64,000 nucleotides of DNA, taken from IMG/VR virus record IMGVR_UViG_3300021431_000075, positions 192,001-256,000 of that record; one strand, written 5' to 3'. The translations under genes and the position numbers were made by a program. The stretch is from a virus (Duplodnaviria > Caudoviricetes). Every line of letters begins with the position of its first letter. Positions within the stretch are counted from its first letter, which is position 1. The notes below the pieces were generated by a model. That model was not told where the DNA came from, made no database searches, and was given only the letters and a program-made list of their open reading frames with translations. Below are positions 9,298-18,766 of this stretch, one piece after another.

Positions 9298-9506
9298 TGC
9301 TGGCAGAGAAGCACAGCACCGCCAAGATAAGGACTTTGATAAAATGAGGATTATCGGAGCAAAGCCCACTCGAAGCGGTGCTGAACAGTGGGAAACTGAG
9401 CGAATACATACCTACATGAAGAATCATAGAGGTAAACCCACACATTATTGTGCTGGAACACAATAATGACTCTTACCAAGCGACTGGCGTTTTAGGCTCT
9501 GCAGCA
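9298..9506 (+). ncRNA. Candidate structured ncRNA with pseudoknot, family unknown
   Basis: Closing stem 9298-9308/9496-9505; stem 9314-9322/9375-9383 crossed by 9365-9370/9387-9392; further hairpins; G-U pairs favour the + strand. Confidence 0.5.
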
Positions 9507-9554
9507 GTTGCTTTTCTTAAATAACGATGAAAAGATTTTTATAATTAACTTTGA

Positions 9555-10646
9555 CTATTCAGACTCTCTCATCAAGTCGTGCAACCCGGGGATTTCATCG
9601 ACAACAAGCTTGTCAAGAAGCTCCATCTCGCATCCGGACTGCATAATATGCTTGTCATAAGCATCGATTTCTTCATGCTTCATCAGACGTGTCAGATACT
9701 TGTGGAACGGAAGCGGCATACCTTTGTATATACCTTCACGGTCGATGCTCTTATGATAGAACTCTCCCAACTTGTGCTTGGAATTGTCAGAAAACCTGAC
9801 AGCGCTGAACTCATATCCCTGCAGTACGAACCACTCTACCTTAAGATCAAGCGCCGTCTCGAACATTCCGTCATTGCAGATATCAAGAATCTTTCCATAC
9901 AAAGAGTCATCACCATCAAAGTAATACACAATCTCATCCGAGTTGAATGCCGCCATCTTCAAATCATTCGGACAACAAAGCATATGATCGATATACTCAG
10001 CAAGCGACTTCATCAGGTTCTTCTCTACAGATATGGTCCTTGCTGGATTCAGCTTACCGAAGATGACCTGACGGCTGTACTTCGACTCTGAAATGTAATC
10101 GAGCATGAAGCCGGAACAGAACTGTGCCAAAAAATCCCGGTATGTTTTCTGCTTGATAACCCCACACTTGCACAAAGTCTGGAAGTTCGCGTTCCTCATG
10201 TCAATGGAAATGAAACGCTTTCCGACATTCTGCATATTATAGATTCCCTTGCTTCCACAAACAGGCTTCACGACATAGTTTGTCTGGAACGGCAACACCT
10301 TCAAATTGTTAAACTCCTTGTACGCATCGGACTGCTCTACTGAGCGAATAACGCTATCCCGCGTCTCATAGTACTCCTGAAGAAACTTGGAAGCCTTCTC
10401 CGCAAAGTCTTGACCTTCATAGAGCCTGTTGATGTTGCACACGAGATTGCACCATTTCGTCTGTGCTCCGTACGTGTCTTCATACAACGACAAAGAATGG
10501 CGAAAATTCGCCTCGTCGCATCCGTCAATCGGAATCTTGTAGTCGCTTGCGAACCTTGCCGCAAGATTGAAATCATAAAACATATACCAGTTGTCGGAAT
10601 AGTTACTCACCTTGGTGATATCTATCAAATCACTATTTTTGCTCAT
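9555..10646 (-). CDS. Hypothetical protein, possible polymerase-palm-like fold
   Basis: 363 aa; ISIDMRNANF and AFNSDEIV resemble palm motifs A and C (weak). Confidence 0.65.
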   Translation of the reverse strand: MSKNSDLIDITKVSNYSDNWYMFYDFNLAARFASDYKIPIDGCDEANFRHSLSLYEDTYGAQTKWCNLVCNINRLYEGQDFAEKASKFLQEYYETRDSVIRSVEQSDAYKEFNNLKVLPFQTNYVVKPVCGSKGIYNMQNVGKRFISIDMRNANFQTLCKCGVIKQKTYRDFLAQFCSGFMLDYISESKYSRQVIFGKLNPARTISVEKNLMKSLAEYIDHMLCCPNDLKMAAFNSDEIVYYFDGDDSLYGKILDICNDGMFETALDLKVEWFVLQGYEFSAVRFSDNSKHKLGEFYHKSIDREGIYKGMPLPFHKYLTRLMKHEEIDAYDKHIMQSGCEMELLDKLVVDEIPGLHDLMRESE

Positions 10647-10727
10647 ACTAATAATAGTTTAAATTGTTTAATTTCCACTCAAAGCCATTATCATTTTTTA
10701 AAACAGAGTCGAAAACACTCATACCGT

Positions 10728-10985
10728 TTAGCCAATGCTTTTTTCATGTTTCAATAATTTCTCAAACTCCTGTAGAGATGTTTCTATTTGTTCAAGATTA
10801 TAGTTTAACTCTTCATTTTCCGGACAATCTACAAGAACGCCATACAGCACAGTCGCAATATAATTGAATATCTCTATAAGAGTTCCATTATGCACATAAG
10901 GAATGTATGGCTGAAAATCAGCAACCAATTGTCGCAATCTGTCCAAATTTTTTCTTTGTCTTTTAGTCATAATTCTTTTAGTCAT
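10728..10985 (-). CDS. Hypothetical protein
   Basis: Start moved to MTKRIM at 10985 to avoid overlap with the upstream gene. Confidence 0.55.
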   Translation of the reverse strand: MTKRIMTKRQRKNLDRLRQLVADFQPYIPYVHNGTLIEIFNYIATVLYGVLVDCPENEELNYNLEQIETSLQEFEKLLKHEKSIG

Positions 10986-11026
10986 AATTAATTCATTACC
11001 CGTATCATCTATCTCGGAAAACAAGT

Positions 11027-11818
11027 TCACGGCTTCTCCACAGTGAACCTCTCGATGTAGAATGCATCTTCCTTCCGATTGTACGAAATGGTTGCCAGAA
11101 TCGTCTTGTACTTGACTCTCTTTGCCTTGCCGTTCACGCATGGCATATAGTATGTCCAGCCGTCATAGTATCTCTCCACGACTTCTCTGAAGAAGAAACG
11201 AACATTGTCCGTGTTCAAGTATCCTTCTTCTTTCGGATTGCTGACAAACACACAACCATCCTCGTCCGGATTGCGCTCGATGTACAGACGAACCTGCTCT
11301 CCGCTATTTGCGGCAGAGATAATACGCTCCTTTGCATCCTTTGCTTCTGCCATCTTCTTCTGTGCTTCAGGAGAGTAAACAAGCCCACCATCTACAAGAT
11401 AGCCCCTGCTACGGAGCACGTCTGCGACATACTCACGATGTTCTTCACTAACGCACCCGTAATACCACTCCAGATAATCTGTGTCCGTGCAAGCTTCGAT
11501 TGCACCGCCCTTGTACTTTCCGAAACGGAACGTATCCACATTATCCCATACATACTCGTAGTGTGTCCATGAGCGGGTCTTTCCGCGCAGGCTCTCGTCA
11601 ACCTTGCATCCGGGGTACTTGCTCATCGCAGTCTCCTTTGAGGTGGATATCTTTCCGTGATACGTGTACTCTGTGATATGAAGCGTCTGACCGCCGCCGG
11701 CATCAACAACCTTCTTGTTCTCTGACCACAATGTGTAGAACTTGGTCGCGAAACCGATGACATATCCAGTAGTATCGGTATTCTCGTTTGTTTCTTTTGC
11801 TGCAATAGATGTGTTCAT
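11027..11818 (-). CDS. Hypothetical phage protein with FGKYKG motif
   Basis: 263 aa; FRFGKYKG...YLEW motif; Bacteroidota promoter immediately upstream. Confidence 0.75.
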   Translation of the reverse strand: MNTSIAAKETNENTDTTGYVIGFATKFYTLWSENKKVVDAGGGQTLHITEYTYHGKISTSKETAMSKYPGCKVDESLRGKTRSWTHYEYVWDNVDTFRFGKYKGGAIEACTDTDYLEWYYGCVSEEHREYVADVLRSRGYLVDGGLVYSPEAQKKMAEAKDAKERIISAANSGEQVRLYIERNPDEDGCVFVSNPKEEGYLNTDNVRFFFREVVERYYDGWTYYMPCVNGKAKRVKYKTILATISYNRKEDAFYIERFTVEKP

Positions 11819-11848
11819 GACTTATATTTGGCTTTGTTGTTAAACGGT

Positions 11849-11883
11849 ATGCAAATATAATTATTAGCTCAACTCCATGCAAG
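11849..11883 (-). promoter_or_regulatory. Bacteroidota sigma-A-type promoter
   Basis: TATATTTGCA (-7) and TTGCA (-33) on the minus strand, upstream of 11818. Confidence 0.7.
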
Positions 11884-11980
11884 AAAAATCCTGAAAAACT
11901 TTCTTCAACAAGTGATTTTTAACTCTCATTAACAAACTGATGACATATATGTTGCAAAACAACAACCACAAAAAACAAAA

Positions 11981-12014
11981 CAGACCATAGAACCAAAACG
12001 GCATCTATGGTCTG
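11981..12014 (-). terminator. Intrinsic terminator
   Basis: CAGACCATAGA/TCTATGGTCTG stem with a T-rich tail on the minus strand. Confidence 0.7.
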
Positions 12015-12069
12015 AACAAAATAATAATTATTGAAACAACAGCTAAAATCTGTACATTTTAATCAAGTT

Positions 12070-12207
12070 CTAATAGAACTGCGCGACGTATTTCTTGTAA
12101 TCATCGTCTATAATCATTCTCACATATCCTTCATCCGCATTCAACATTTCCGCAATCTCTTGGACAGAGGTTCCGCAACGCCATAGCATTAAAATCTGAT
12201 CATCCAT
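12070..12207 (-). CDS. Small HTH DNA-binding protein
   Basis: MDDQILMLWRCGTSVQEIAEMLNADEGYVRMII fits an HTH pattern; start reassigned to 12207. Confidence 0.6.
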   Translation of the reverse strand: MDDQILMLWRCGTSVQEIAEMLNADEGYVRMIIDDDYKKYVAQFY

Positions 12208-12279
12208 TTGTTCTATATATTTAAGAGTTAAAAACAATACAATGTCTATATATTGTACTACTACATCACAAAATAGTTT

Positions 12280-12352
12280 AAAAAAACTGCGGATGCTATC
12301 ACAGCACCCGCAGCCCAACATACTTTTAAAATTATAATGAAAAAATCAAATG
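12280..12352 (-). ncRNA. Putative sRNA unit B1
   Basis: -7 TATCTTTGCA (rc 12357-12366), -33 TTGCA (rc ~12385-12389), hairpin 12287-12313 with GUGAU loop plus U-run. Confidence 0.7.
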
Positions 12353-12399
12353 TTGCTGCAAAGATATGAACTTTTTTTCATCCGTGCAAGAATTTATAT

Positions 12400-12484
12400 A
12401 AAAAAAAAAAGCGATCGTTATCACAACGACCGCTCACGAAAATCAAATTGCATAATCACTTAATAAATGCTACAAAAGCTTTAC
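12400..12484 (-). ncRNA. Putative sRNA unit B2
   Basis: -7 TATCTTTGCG (rc 12489-12498), -33 TTGCA (rc ~12517-12521), hairpin 12410-12434 with GUGAU loop plus U-run. Confidence 0.7.
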
Positions 12485-12553
12485 TCGCCGCAAAGATATG
12501 AACTTTTCACAAAATATGCAAGAGTTTGCTTCATTTTTTTCCAAACAATCAAC

Positions 12554-12630
12554 AAAAAAGCCGCTACTTATCACAAGCAACGACTCTCCCTTTTTTAACA
12601 ATTAACAAAATTATAACACCACGATTTATA
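12554..12630 (-). ncRNA. Putative sRNA unit B3 / terminator of the upstream MTase gene
   Basis: Hairpin 12559-12585 (AGUCGUUGCUU GUGAU AAGUAGCGGCU) with three G-U pairs on the minus strand; no clear promoter of its own. Confidence 0.55.
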
Positions 12631-12648
12631 GCAAAAAAGTTTTCATCA

Positions 12649-13401
12649 TCACAATAAAGTGTTCAACCTGTTGCTCATAATGTCGAAGAACTTCTCATCC
12701 AGTTCTATACCGATGAACTTCATTCCACAGTTAAGAGCAGCAACTCCAGTACTTCCGCTACCGGCAGTGAAGTCAAGAACGGTCCCTCCGACCGGACAAT
12801 AAGACTTACACAGGAACTCCATCAGCTCTATCGGCTTCTGTGTAGGATGCAGCTGGTCCTGTCTTCTCCACTTCTGAGGAAAGTCAAGCACGCTGTCAGG
12901 ATGCCTCGTCCCCTTGTTGTCAGTCTCAACACCTCGGATTCCGTAGTTCATATTGTTGGTCTTGTTCGGAGTGTACGCACGCTTGTAGGGTTCACCATCT
13001 CTCATCTGCGGACAATAATACGCCGCCGAGTTTCCGAACACAAGAATGTTCTCATGCTTCTTCATCGGCATGTACTTTGCCGTGAACGGGGAACCGCACT
13101 TGCTTTTCTTCCATATGAGCTCGTATCTGTACTTCTTCTCGTTGCTCAAAGCAAGTTTGTGCGTGAAAATGCCGCCGGAAAACAGGACTATGTTCCCGTT
13201 ATCGACAACAAGAGAGTCAAGACACTTCCACATGTCAGTGAAGTCTATGATGCTCTTGTCGAACTCCGAAGAAAAGATTCCATAAGGCGGATCGCATATG
13301 ACAGCATCGACCTTGACTCCCTGCTCGATAAGAATTTTCATCTCCTCGATACAGTCTCCGTTTATAATCGTATATCTCGGATCCTCTATCTTCTGTCTCA
13401 T
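12649..13401 (-). CDS. N4/N6 DNA methyltransferase (beta class), orphan
   Basis: CDPPY, HPTQKP, VLDFTAGSGSTG; ATGA overlap with the upstream gene places the start at 13401. Confidence 0.9.
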   Translation of the reverse strand: MRQKIEDPRYTIINGDCIEEMKILIEQGVKVDAVICDPPYGIFSSEFDKSIIDFTDMWKCLDSLVVDNGNIVLFSGGIFTHKLALSNEKKYRYELIWKKSKCGSPFTAKYMPMKKHENILVFGNSAAYYCPQMRDGEPYKRAYTPNKTNNMNYGIRGVETDNKGTRHPDSVLDFPQKWRRQDQLHPTQKPIELMEFLCKSYCPVGGTVLDFTAGSGSTGVAALNCGMKFIGIELDEKFFDIMSNRLNTLL

Positions 13402-14279
13402 TTGCATTTTCGATTTGTTTTTCCTTTTTTGTGCCACCGGTTCATCATCTTGCATTCCTTTGTTTCATCGCCGCTGTTTTTTTGATTCTCTTTCAAATCT
13501 TCCATATCGCTTGTCCATCTATTCTTGTCGATAGTGCTCGACAAGACACCAAGAACAAAAAGCCACATATTAATGAATTTTCTAAAACACATAATCGCGC
13601 TTATATCATTCCTGAACCACAACGGACTAATGAAAGCCTGCCCACTATAAAAGAAACCCAAATTCTGTTGCGTAATCGCGCTGACGAACACATACTGCGG
13701 ATACAAGCCGTCTGACGACTTGGTCTTATGCATGCCAAGCGACGAGCAACTCATCAGAACAACCGGACCCTTGATTATTGACAAACTCTCGACAATCAAT
13801 TCCGGACTCTTCGCAAGCATTCCTGCATACAGATACCAGTTGCGCACATCTTGAGGATTGTCTGTCACCCCCTTCTCAACCGCACGGCTATCCCATGTAT
13901 TGTTATACAAATTGCAAATCATCTCAAGTCGCGCAAAACACTTGGCTGTATATGACCGGATTCTTTCGCAGTGCAAAGCATACTCGGAAGTTCTGGTCAA
14001 CATATCGACAGAGCTATCATCCGGCGTCATGGTGTCAGAACCGAAACTCCCTTGAAATATGCTGCAAGTGCAAAACTTAACACTGAACTCAGCCAAAATT
14101 GTCGATTCCACGCATTCATAGTCCTCAGGCTTCGCACGCTTCAGTTCAGCAGAGGTATCGACATCAACCATGAATATGCCTGTAGAACCGCAGTTCCGGA
14201 AAACGAACCTGTGCTTCGACATCATGGACAAAAAGTACTCACACTGTCCTGTATTCTTAACCGATATTGCGACTCTCAT
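13398..14279 (-). CDS. Hypothetical protein
   Basis: 293-aa ORF translationally coupled to the MTase. Confidence 0.65.
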   Translation of the reverse strand: MRVAISVKNTGQCEYFLSMMSKHRFVFRNCGSTGIFMVDVDTSAELKRAKPEDYECVESTILAEFSVKFCTCSIFQGSFGSDTMTPDDSSVDMLTRTSEYALHCERIRSYTAKCFARLEMICNLYNNTWDSRAVEKGVTDNPQDVRNWYLYAGMLAKSPELIVESLSIIKGPVVLMSCSSLGMHKTKSSDGLYPQYVFVSAITQQNLGFFYSGQAFISPLWFRNDISAIMCFRKFINMWLFVLGVLSSTIDKNRWTSDMEDLKENQKNSGDETKECKMMNRWHKKGKTNRKCK

Positions 14280-14487
14280 GTTGTAGAAAATAACAAAGAT
14301 TGCAGTTTGGTTCTCGTGAACCGACCAAAATCTTTGGCAAATTTATGATGTTTTCTCGAATTAAGCAAGAAAAATATAAAAAATTATACAGTTGGTGCAA
14401 ATATTGCCCAAACTATAAGTGCTACTATCCAAATACCGATAGAAATGCATTCCCAGTACTTTTCAGTAAAATAACTATACGAACTTT

Positions 14488-14691
14488 TCATGTAAATTTG
14501 TAAAGTACGATGAATAAATATACTGCAAACGTAATAAGGAATAGCGTTACATACGACACTATTAATAAATCATCTCCAGTATCTATCACTTTAACGAGAA
14601 ATGCGAAAAATACCATAAGTGCTACTATTGCAATTACAAATGCAATTGCACCCTTATATCTCTCATAAAAATACTTTCTACTGCTTATCAT
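14488..14691 (-). CDS. Small two-TM membrane protein
   Basis: Two hydrophobic helices; AT-rich segment. Confidence 0.55.
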   Translation of the reverse strand: MISSRKYFYERYKGAIAFVIAIVALMVFFAFLVKVIDTGDDLLIVSYVTLFLITFAVYLFIVLYKFT

Positions 14692-14806
14692 ATAATCTGA
14701 CTAAAATTAAGTAAATAATTAGGAGCGCGATTACGTACGGTACAACCCAAACCCACAACGGTTCAATCCTCGTTACTGTTGGTAGATAAACACACCATAC
14801 AAAAAA

Positions 14807-15061
14807 TTATTCGATTTTCTTGAAAAAATACTCAATCGCGCTGTGAACGTATATGAAATGCGTAGGGGTCTCCGCACACAAGTCGCCATATGGATTGTAC
14901 AAATCAGGTTTGTCAATCACGAGCTTCTTCGCAATACCCGGACAATATTTGTTTATCAGAACACGTAGTTCTTTTTCTGGATACGGAGTCGAATTTCGCG
15001 TCAAGCGTTCCCATTCTTCTACCGTTATTTCTGCACTATTACAATCATATCTAATTTTCAT
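14807..15061 (-). CDS. Hypothetical phage protein
   Basis: 84 aa with a YNPY...THFIYVHSAIEYFF C-terminal motif. Confidence 0.7.
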   Translation of the reverse strand: MKIRYDCNSAEITVEEWERLTRNSTPYPEKELRVLINKYCPGIAKKLVIDKPDLYNPYGDLCAETPTHFIYVHSAIEYFFKKIE

Positions 15062-15115
15062 TTCATTCTCTACAGTTTTTATGAAATCATTATCGTCAAA
15101 TTTATCACAAACCGA

Positions 15116-16042
15116 TTATTTGTTCGCATTTCTGCTCATTGCCACCAGATAATCAAGATTAGATCTCAACTCATCTATTTCATCCATGATTTCATCGAAC
15201 GAAAGATTGTCCAGAACAAGACTCAAATTGAGTTGTCCAAAATAAGAACTATTGTGCTTGTCATTCAGACCGCTTTTCTTTCTGTTATATCTTGTTCGAA
15301 TTTCATTATAAATCGAACGGTTAACCGTTTTTGGAATCCAGACCGTGATTTCAAGAACATCATGGTTCTCATTATCTTCGTTCGGAATCACGTAGAAACT
15401 ACCATATGCAAAATCTTGATTACCAAGATTTTTCAAGGAACCGCCTCTATAATTAAACAGCTGCATCATCCATCTGTCGTCATCGGCAATGCATCTAACT
15501 TCAATCTGGACGTTGATTTTGCCGTCTCTTTTCCTCTCGTCTCGCTGTGCATAAGGAAACAATCTCGATGCTACGCATTCCATGGTATATGACAGTTTTC
15601 TGTCCTCAAAGAACTTCTTTGCCGCATTGAACTTCTGTGCTGGAGTCATATCGGAATACTTGGATGTTGTCAAATCTGAATATGCATACTCATCCTCATC
15701 CTCATCTTCTTCATCCACATCCAGACAATCATCATCGTATTCGTTATCTACCATCGTTTCAGCAGATGCGAACCCGCTTAACTTAGCCCAATAAGGAGTG
15801 TCTCCGTCATAATCAACTTTTTCAGCACGGTCAATCTCGTTTTCATATTCCCTTTTGGAGTCCGCGAACTTGCTTCGCTTGACGCTGTAAGGAGTGCCGC
15901 CGTCATAATCAAATTCATATTCAGACTCGTCATCTTCATCATATGAAGACTCATCCAGCCTTCTCTTGACAATCTTGGAAACGTTCTCCATGATTGCATT
16001 ATATTTCTCATGCTTCTGTCGCGCGCTCAAACGTCTCATCAT
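15116..16042 (-). CDS. Acidic hypothetical protein with N-terminal KY-x-x-IM...VK..LDES motif
   Basis: 308 aa; internal duplication DYDGGTPY/DYDGDTPY; N-terminal motif shared with other genes in the window. Confidence 0.75.
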   Translation of the reverse strand: MMRRLSARQKHEKYNAIMENVSKIVKRRLDESSYDEDDESEYEFDYDGGTPYSVKRSKFADSKREYENEIDRAEKVDYDGDTPYWAKLSGFASAETMVDNEYDDDCLDVDEEDEDEDEYAYSDLTTSKYSDMTPAQKFNAAKKFFEDRKLSYTMECVASRLFPYAQRDERKRDGKINVQIEVRCIADDDRWMMQLFNYRGGSLKNLGNQDFAYGSFYVIPNEDNENHDVLEITVWIPKTVNRSIYNEIRTRYNRKKSGLNDKHNSSYFGQLNLSLVLDNLSFDEIMDEIDELRSNLDYLVAMSRNANK

Positions 16043-16076
16043 ATTACTTACCGCTCATATTATAAGATATTTATTT

Positions 16077-16502
16077 TCAAAACAGCGCGAACTCCTCTGG
16101 CTTCTTCTCCTTCTTATCAGGATAAACCGGATACTCCTGAATGTCAAGCCCCGGCATCTTCTCGTTCAGCCATTCCGCAAGAATATGCCTGTGACAGAAG
16201 TCCTCAGGTCTCTCGTAGCAGAGCATCGCGACATCCCTGCCGCCTGAAATCTGCTCAAGGAATTCCGTGATGTACTCCGGATGGAACCTGTACGCGCACA
16301 GAATCTCGTTGATATACCGTTCCTTATACTTCTCGTCGTCATGGTCCTTCTTGTGTTCCATCAGAATCGAACCGCTCGGAGCGACAGACGCAAGGTTCGG
16401 TCCTTCGAAGAACGAAGGAACTTTTAGACAAATAGCGCAGCAAGCGATTCCTGCCTTCTCAAGATTCGGAATGTTGCTAAAATACGATGTGTAAATCTTC
16501 AT
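16077..16502 (-). CDS. DUF488-like protein
   Basis: KIYTSYF, LASVAPS, LCYERPEDFCHRHILAEWL. Confidence 0.75.
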   Translation of the reverse strand: MKIYTSYFSNIPNLEKAGIACCAICLKVPSFFEGPNLASVAPSGSILMEHKKDHDDEKYKERYINEILCAYRFHPEYITEFLEQISGGRDVAMLCYERPEDFCHRHILAEWLNEKMPGLDIQEYPVYPDKKEKKPEEFALF

Positions 16503-16521
16503 TTTCTTTCTTTATTAAAAA

Positions 16522-18753
16522 TTAAACAAAACTTATATATTTGCCAGAATAGTCAACATATGCAGCAGGACCTATACGGACAACGCCATCCCTGTCAACA
16601 ACAGGTCTGAACCTTATCCACTCGTCAAGCAGCTGCTTGCCTCCAGCATCAAATATGTTGTACATAAAATAGTCATAACTTCCGGTTTTCTCTATGGCAA
16701 CCAGCTCGTCAGGAACAAGCGTGTATATCTGCGTCAGTCTTTCTCTTTCGCCAATCTTCGGACTCATTAGTTTTCCGCTCTTGTATGCAAGGACATCACA
16801 ATAAATCTTCGGACTCATTAGCGTTCCGCCCTTGTATGCAAGCACATCACCGTCGTTCTTGTCAAGCCGCGTGACGAACACGAAACCGTTTTCAGCCTTT
16901 CCTTTATATAAGAACCATTCATCGGAAACCAGCCTTAATGTCTTGTCATTAATGAAGTTGAGCATCCTTCCGCTATAACCACTGTCCAACGAGTCGTCGC
17001 CGGACTTTGCAACCGTCAAGAAACCGTCATCGCAGACATCACAGTACTTCAGATTGTCCTGAACAATCCCCTTTCCCCATTCTATCACCATAGTAGGGCT
17101 TCCAAGTTCACGCACAGCAGCAACAAGATTCGGACCTACGCAGTTTACAGAATAGAACCATTCATCAGAGCATTTCACTCCGGTACTGCTTACAAGTGTT
17201 TTCTTTGCATCATTCTTGAACCACTTCATGACTTCATAGAATTTGAAGTCGCCAAACCCCAAGTTAACCGAAACGTCATCGAAGCATTCCCCGCCAAAAA
17301 GCACTTTTCCGGACCCGGTGTCCATGAACTGCCAGCAACCGTTCTTCTTGAAAGCGTATATTCCACACTCTGGCCAGCCGCAGACATCGTCGAACCATTC
17401 ATCGGAAACAGGAGTTCCGTCTTCTCTCACAAACCTGCATGTGAAATCTGTGCCGTATGCGACTTTCGCGAAACCATTCTCCATAGCGTTGCTCTTTCCG
17501 GGAATCCAATTCTCCAACACAAGAGTGCCGTCCCTGTGGACGTAGTTGCTCTTTTTCCGAACCGGAATCCCGTGCTCATTGTAACACTCTCCTTCCTTAC
17601 AAGATCTGCAGACCAGTGCGACATCGCGCTTCTTTCCATGTCCAAAATCAATAAACTCATACCACTCGCTACATACGGGCTTTCCTGTCTTGTCAATGAA
17701 GTTGTACAATTTGTCCTTCATCACAACCGCGACACCATCAACGAAGTTCTCCATCCAGTCATAATTCTCCTTGCACAAAAACGTCCCGTCCGTTGACAAG
17801 AAATTGAACTCCTTGGAACCGCCGCGCTTGACCCATGCATATCCTTCGAAAAACAAAGGAGAACAACCCAAGAAATCTTCATTCGATAGAACTCTGCCGT
17901 CCATCGTGATATAGTTGCAGCATCCTTCCGTGAACTTGACATACAGCAAACCATCGGCGCAGAACTTAGGTCCGTACTTGAATTTCGGCAATACCACGCC
18001 GATGTCGCTCAATATGGTTCCGGACGAGTCAACCAGCGACATGCTCTCGCTCCCGACCCCTGTTCCGAAAGTTGTCACCACATATCTGCTGCCGGCTTCG
18101 TCAACCGCATCCATAAGCCTGATGCGGGAAGCGGCACGGACAAAGCTTCCCTGGAGCTTGCTGACATTCTCCTTGTTCAGAACCCCGTCATCGCCACCTG
18201 CATAGAAGGACCATATGTTCTCGTCGTACGCGATGCATATTGCATATCCGGTCCGCTCATGGTTGTCCCGGCTTACCAGCTCGCTTGCAACCATGCGCAC
18301 GTTGCGGTTTTTCATACACACATTGCTTGACATGAGAACATCAATCATGGATGCAGCCATGAACGCGAATGAATCTTCATCAGAATGGTCATTGCACACA
18401 TACATGACAAATCCAAGATTCTTTGCCCGGCATAACATCACGGACGCGTCCTGACGAGAACGGCTTGTTGAATAAACGCCGATAATCTTCGAGCAATCGT
18501 TATCAAGAAACTCCATATCCGCATCCCATCCGTCAACATATCCGAGATTCTTCATTCTTTCAAGAACCGGCTCCATGACAGAACCATAAAAAATCTCATT
18601 GATTGCGGACTTGTCATTATCGTCAACATCGAAACTGAAAACGAACTCATAGCACGAGCCGGACTGTTCCTGCATATCGTCCACAACTTCATCAGTTTCC
18701 ACATCACCAAGCAGGGACTCGTTCATGCATATGATTTCCGGATGTTCTTTCAT
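16522..18753 (-). CDS. WG-repeat protein, paralog 1 of 8
   Basis: Start reassigned to MKEHPE (18753). NESLL N-terminus; repeats F.EG.A.V...YNFI...G...WF. Confidence 0.85.
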   Translation of the reverse strand: MKEHPEIICMNESLLGDVETDEVVDDMQEQSGSCYEFVFSFDVDDNDKSAINEIFYGSVMEPVLERMKNLGYVDGWDADMEFLDNDCSKIIGVYSTSRSRQDASVMLCRAKNLGFVMYVCNDHSDEDSFAFMAASMIDVLMSSNVCMKNRNVRMVASELVSRDNHERTGYAICIAYDENIWSFYAGGDDGVLNKENVSKLQGSFVRAASRIRLMDAVDEAGSRYVVTTFGTGVGSESMSLVDSSGTILSDIGVVLPKFKYGPKFCADGLLYVKFTEGCCNYITMDGRVLSNEDFLGCSPLFFEGYAWVKRGGSKEFNFLSTDGTFLCKENYDWMENFVDGVAVVMKDKLYNFIDKTGKPVCSEWYEFIDFGHGKKRDVALVCRSCKEGECYNEHGIPVRKKSNYVHRDGTLVLENWIPGKSNAMENGFAKVAYGTDFTCRFVREDGTPVSDEWFDDVCGWPECGIYAFKKNGCWQFMDTGSGKVLFGGECFDDVSVNLGFGDFKFYEVMKWFKNDAKKTLVSSTGVKCSDEWFYSVNCVGPNLVAAVRELGSPTMVIEWGKGIVQDNLKYCDVCDDGFLTVAKSGDDSLDSGYSGRMLNFINDKTLRLVSDEWFLYKGKAENGFVFVTRLDKNDGDVLAYKGGTLMSPKIYCDVLAYKSGKLMSPKIGERERLTQIYTLVPDELVAIEKTGSYDYFMYNIFDAGGKQLLDEWIRFRPVVDRDGVVRIGPAAYVDYSGKYISFV
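16753..16850. repeat. 51-bp in-frame tandem duplication
   Basis: Encodes DVLAYKGGTLMSPKI / DVLAYKSGKLMSPKI. Confidence 0.9.
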
Positions 18754-18766
18754 ATCTTGTCTATAA

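Noticed and set aside
9166-9369. Complete 67-aa gene
   Set aside because: Only the last ~38 codons look protein-like; the 5' part overlaps the structured element and lacks a credible start.
9298-9506. RNase P RNA, tmRNA, cobalamin riboswitch, group I intron or hammerhead ribozyme
   Set aside because: The diagnostic motifs (GAGGAAAGUCC, tRNA-like ends, B12 box, P7, CUGANGA/GAAA core) were not found.
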